This document shows positions 59,691-64,000 of a stretch of DNA of 64,000 nt, one piece after another; within the stretch, counting starts at the first letter, position 1, and each line of letters starts with the position of its first letter. Under the pieces are notes generated by a model. It saw nothing but the letters and a program-made list of their open reading frames with translations, was not told the origin of the DNA and made no database searches. Position numbers and translations under genes: made by a program. Source of the stretch: Azolla caroliniana (taxonomy: Eukaryota > Plantae > Polypodiophyta); the NCBI GenBank assembly GCA_043228905.1, contig JBHGNT010000021.1, forward strand, positions 6,758,001 through 6,822,000. Reading direction: 5' to 3'.

Positions 59691-62600
59691 TAATATGGAA
59701 AGGACTGAGTCGTCAATAATCCAACTTGTCGCACGGTCGAGTAGTCTTGATGTGACGACGTAAAAGCCATAGTCAATCTCCGATGGCAAAAGAGGAGGGA
59801 AGCCGATGACGATCCACGTAAGTCTTCTGTGTCTGTTGAGCATGACGAAGATGAGTAGAGAGATCCATCTGGATCTTGCGTAGTCTCTCCAAATGATCCT
59901 CGGCACGAGGATTGGTAGGTAGCTCCGAGGTGTCAATCACCGACCAGCGAGGATGAGAACCGGTATAAGCGTAGAATGGGGAGACTCGAGTCGAGGAGTG
60001 AACAACATTATTATACGCAAACTCCGCAAAGTGGAGAATCTTGGCCCAATCGTTCTGTTGATAACTCAGGAAACACCGGAGATATTGCTCCAGCGTTTGT
60101 TTTGTTCGTTTCGCCTGCCCATCGGTCTGAGGATGGTAGCCGGAGGAGAGGTTGCAAGAGACCTTGAGCATCTTGAAGAGATGCTGCCAAAATTTGGAGA
60201 CGAATTGCGGTCCTCAGTCACTGATGATACTGTTTGGGAGGCCATGATGTCGAAATACCTCATGCATGACAAGGGTTGCGGTTTCCTCGCTAGTGATGAC
60301 CTTAGTACACGGCACAAAATGTGTCATCTTCGTATATCGATCGACGACGGTTAAGATAGCATCGAACCCCTTCGAGACCGGCAGATTTGTGATAAAGTCA
60401 AGACAAATAGACTGTCACGGCTTACTTGGAATCAGTCCAACAAGCCATATGGATGGTGTCGTGGCATCTTTGCTTGGCAGCAAGCATCACAGGTCCGAAC
60501 GTAGTCGTCGACAAAACGTCGCACATATGGGGCCACCAAAAGGATCGTTGAACTAGATCCAACATCTTAGTGCTATTGAAATGTCCCGCCATATGGGTGT
60601 CGCGACAACTTTGGACGATTTGAAGGCGACAAGAGAAATCGGGTACATATACAAGCTTTTTAAAGAATAACAAACCATCATGATATTCGAATTGTTGGTA
60701 GTCCATACCTGGTTGTTGAGACTGGGAATAGGATGCCCGAGAGGTATCAATGTGCGCCAAAATGTCTTGAGCAAAATTGTTCGTCTTCAAGTTCGCACGT
60801 ATGGTGTCGGTAATCTGGGAATCCATTGGGGTGTGAAAAATCCGCGTTGTGTGCAATCGTGTTGGTCCCAAGATTACTTGCTTTTGATTATCAAACGCTG
60901 GATCACCAGGATGAAGTGCAAGATATGAACGCCGTGATAGCGCATCTGCTTTTCCTTGCTGCTTCCTCGGTCGATATGTGATTTTGAAGTCGAAATGCGT
61001 GAGGAATTGAGCCCACCGAGCTTGTCGTCGATTTAGCACCCGAGCGTTCTAGAAATAAGCAAAGTTTTTGTGATCACTAAAGACGATGACTTGAGAAATG
61101 CCGCCATTGCACAAAGGAATCCACGATGGCTAGTAACTCCTTGTCATGTATTTCGTAGTTGATTTCTGCGGCATCGAATTTGTGCGAATGGAAAGCCACA
61201 GGATGTAACTCTTCTTTATCTCCTTGTTGAGAAAGGATGCTACCGAGGGCGAAATCCGATGCGTCGGCCTCCATGATGAATGGTTTCTTTGTATCCACAT
61301 GAGCTAGAATAGGAGCTGATGTAAAGGCTTTCTTAAGATGCCGAAAAGCCATGTCCGCTTCATTGGACCAAAGAAATGCTTGTCCCTTCTTCGTAAGTTG
61401 TGTGAGAGGTAAAATAATCTTCGAGTAATCCTATATAAACTTGCGATAGAAGTTAGCAAAACCTAGAAAACATTGCACATCTCGTACCGATTGTGGAATT
61501 TGCCACTCTAGCACAGTTTGGACTTTAGCTGGATCCATGGAGATGCCCTTTGAGGAGATGACGTAGCCTAGAAATTCCACTTGCTTGCAGTCAAAGCTAC
61601 ATTTTTCTAGCTTGGCATAAAGACCATGCTCGCGGAGTCGTTTTAGTACTAATAGTACATGAGAATTGTGCTTTTCCTGGGTCTTCGAATAAATCAATAG
61701 ATCATCCAGATAGATGATCAAACAGATATCCAAGAGGTCTCTGAATATATCATTTGCCATGTGTTGGAAGACTGCGGGTGCATTGGTTAGACCGAACGGC
61801 ATAACAGTATATTCGAAATGCCCATACCACGTGCGAAAGGCGGTCTTCCATTCATCTCCCGGTCGGATCTGCACGAGGTTATACGCTCCTCGTAGATCAA
61901 TCTTTCTAAAAAACTTGGCACCATTAACTCGCTCTAAAAGACTTGATATAAGAGGAAGTGCATACCTATTACGGATGGTGACTTTATTTAAGCCGCGGTA
62001 ATCAACGACGAGACGAAGTGAGCCATCTTTCTTCTTGACAAAGAAGATGGGTGCACCGGCCGGAGATTTCGAATGATGAATAAACCCGCTTGCCAAGTTC
62101 TCCTCTACATAGTCTCGAAGGACTTCTAACTCGGTGGGGGACAAGTTGTAAATTGGTCCCCATGGTGGCTCTGCTCCCGGTTGTAGATCGATGGGACAAT
62201 CATAGGGACGATGATGAAGAAGAGTACCAACTTTTACCTTGTCAAATACATCGGCATAGGGATGATATTTCGCCGGAAGTTATACTAAGGATTCCTCCTT
62301 AATAGTGTTGGAAGGATGTACTAATATTGCAAATAGGAACATTGCCTCCTTGTGTCCTTCTTCGCATAATTGACGTAGTGAAATGTTCAAAACTCAATGA
62401 GTAGATTTTTGGGGTTGTCGATGTCGGACTTCTCTTGTTCTCCAATTTATGTCTGGATTATGTAATTCAAACCAAGGTAATCCCAGGACAATGGGATGCT
62501 CTGGACTACTAATTATATTAAATGCTACTACACACACAAAACTACCTAGGACAACTTGAATGGGTTCTGACTCTTCTACAATATTCACGGAAGCAATGGG

Positions 62601-62831
62601 ACGACCATCAATGACTACTACAAATGCGGGGCAAGGAAGTTTTCTTAAGGATATCTGAGAAGCTTGGGCAAAATTTCGATCCATGAAACAGGAATTAGCT
62701 CCGGAATCTAGAAGTGCTAGGACATGTATTGGGGGAGTACTTTTAGTACTAACCATTACTTGGGCTAGGAACACATTGCTAACTTGCTTGGAGGGAATGG
62801 AACCACTAATGGGCTATACAGATCTAGGGCT

Positions 62832-62876
62832 GTCCAACCAAACGGCTCCTATTTTGGTTGGACTCAATCGTTTAAC
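62832..62876 (-). promoter_or_regulatory. Putative -1 ribosomal frameshift signal at the gag/pol junction
   Basis: G TTA AAC followed 6 nt later by an 11-bp stem GTCCAACCAAA/TTTGGTTGGAC; the protease frame is -1 relative to gag. Confidence 0.7.
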
Positions 62877-64000
62877 TCGTCATCTAATTGACTAAGGATT
62901 TCAAATTTGTTTGAGATACTTGGGCTATTAGTACTGTTAATACTATCAAACACTCTATTAGTACTATTAATACTATCAAACACTCCTAAGGGAAGAATTG
63001 ACTCGGGTTTAGTACATGCTACGATTTGATTTACCTGTCTTCTTGGCCTATGGGGACAATTGATTGCGATATGCCCTGGTCCACCGCAATAAAGACATAA
63101 TCGATTTGCACATCGTCGTTGCTTTTCTTCTTCTGATAACGGGCCGCGTCGACGCATGGTATCGATCTCCATCAGTGTCAAAGTATTTGCTTGAGGTATG
63201 TCTCGTGCAAACGGTTTACCTGCGACTGAGGTGTAAGTGGGCTCCGGCCTAGAGCGTGGTATTTGTAATTGACGTTCCGAACGCCGTTCGAAAAGGCAGT
63301 TGTCACATCGAACCGCTCGACTGATTGCCTCCGTAAGAGACTTTGGTTCTTCGGGGAAGGCTAGAAGTAGATCTTTGATATCGTTTTGCAGGCCATAGCG
63401 AAACTACTCCATTAGTGCCTGATCATTCCAGGGGATATCTGAAGCAAGTAGGCGGAAATCCGCCGCGTAGGCAGAGGCTGGACGATCGCCTTGACGTAAT
63501 CGTCGGATCTTGTTGATCGTCGTCCTGATGTTGTTGGTGTCTCCAAAGCAGGCTTTAAACTCACTAATAAAATCTTCAAAGTTATTAAGCAAGGGCGATT
63601 GTTTTTCTAGAAGCGGAGCGAACCATGCTAAGGCTGAGCCGCTAAGCAACATGCCTATTAGGCTTACTCGGGATGCATCGGTGGGGTATCGGGCAGGATG
63701 CATTTGGATGACTAATCGTACCTGATTAAGGAATCCCCTGAATTGCGATCACGTTCCATCAAATTTCACAGGAAGTCCAATCTTCAGCTCTTTATGAAAA
63801 CCTTGGGGACTTGATCCTTGTTGTTGCAATGCTGCTTCGAGTTGTTGCACTCGTAACGCTAACTCCCCATGTTGTTGCTGTGTTTGTTGTTTTTCTAGAG
63901 CGATTTGTTGCAGATCCCTTATCAACCGTTGGTTTTCTTGTTCCAAGGCAACAAATTTTTCTTTTAGGCACTGTAGCTCGGAGAAAACAGATTGATATTC

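Larger units (their letters stand above)
58600..63946 (-). pseudogene. gag, protease, RT, RNase H, integrase, chromodomain (disrupted)
   Basis: LPVKFDGT; CLYCGGPGHIAINC; ALLDSGANSCFMD; KSPAGAPIFFVKKKDGSLRLVVDYRGLN..YLDD; EADASDFALG; YHPQTDGQ; chromodomain EYEVAAILDSK..YYLVNWLGY..TWEP (about 58640-58810). Confidence 0.92.
56996..64000 (-). mobile_element. Tcn1-like chromovirus (Ty3/gypsy); 3' LTR 56996-58587, PPT 58588-58602; 5' end beyond the window
   Basis: LTR termini TGTCACGA/TCATGACA; PPT AAGGGGAAGATAG on minus; gag-pol with chromodomain. Confidence 0.88.

Overview
Eukaryotic, repeat-dense plant genomic window, most likely a non-seed land plant such as a fern (inferred from the TE lineages; not provable from sequence alone). 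Most of it is nested retrotransposons; many of their ends could be read directly (TG...CA termini, TSDs, PBS). They are: a Galadriel-like chromovirus; a young intact Athila-like element (4163-14008) with a large second ORF, plus two degenerate relatives; two related Ty1/copia elements; fungal-type (Ylt1-like) gypsy elements; a Tcn1-like chromovirus; solo LTRs; two LINE fragments; and a Sola-like transposase relic. One host gene is present, a 7-exon PHD/ELM2-like/CW-type zinc-finger chromatin protein (39068-43303), about 2.7 kb downstream of an 86-bp tandem array. Two observations stand out. (1) The Athila-like family has no polypurine tract before its 3' LTR. In its place is a conserved, covarying mimic of the tRNA-Arg 3' end including CCA, i.e. 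a second PBS in reverse orientation, seen in three copies. This suggests tRNA-primed or self-primed plus-strand synthesis. (2) LTRs of the Ylt1-like family carry a conserved antisense tRNA-like Pol III cassette. tRNA and clade assignments rest on recalled consensus sequences, not database searches.
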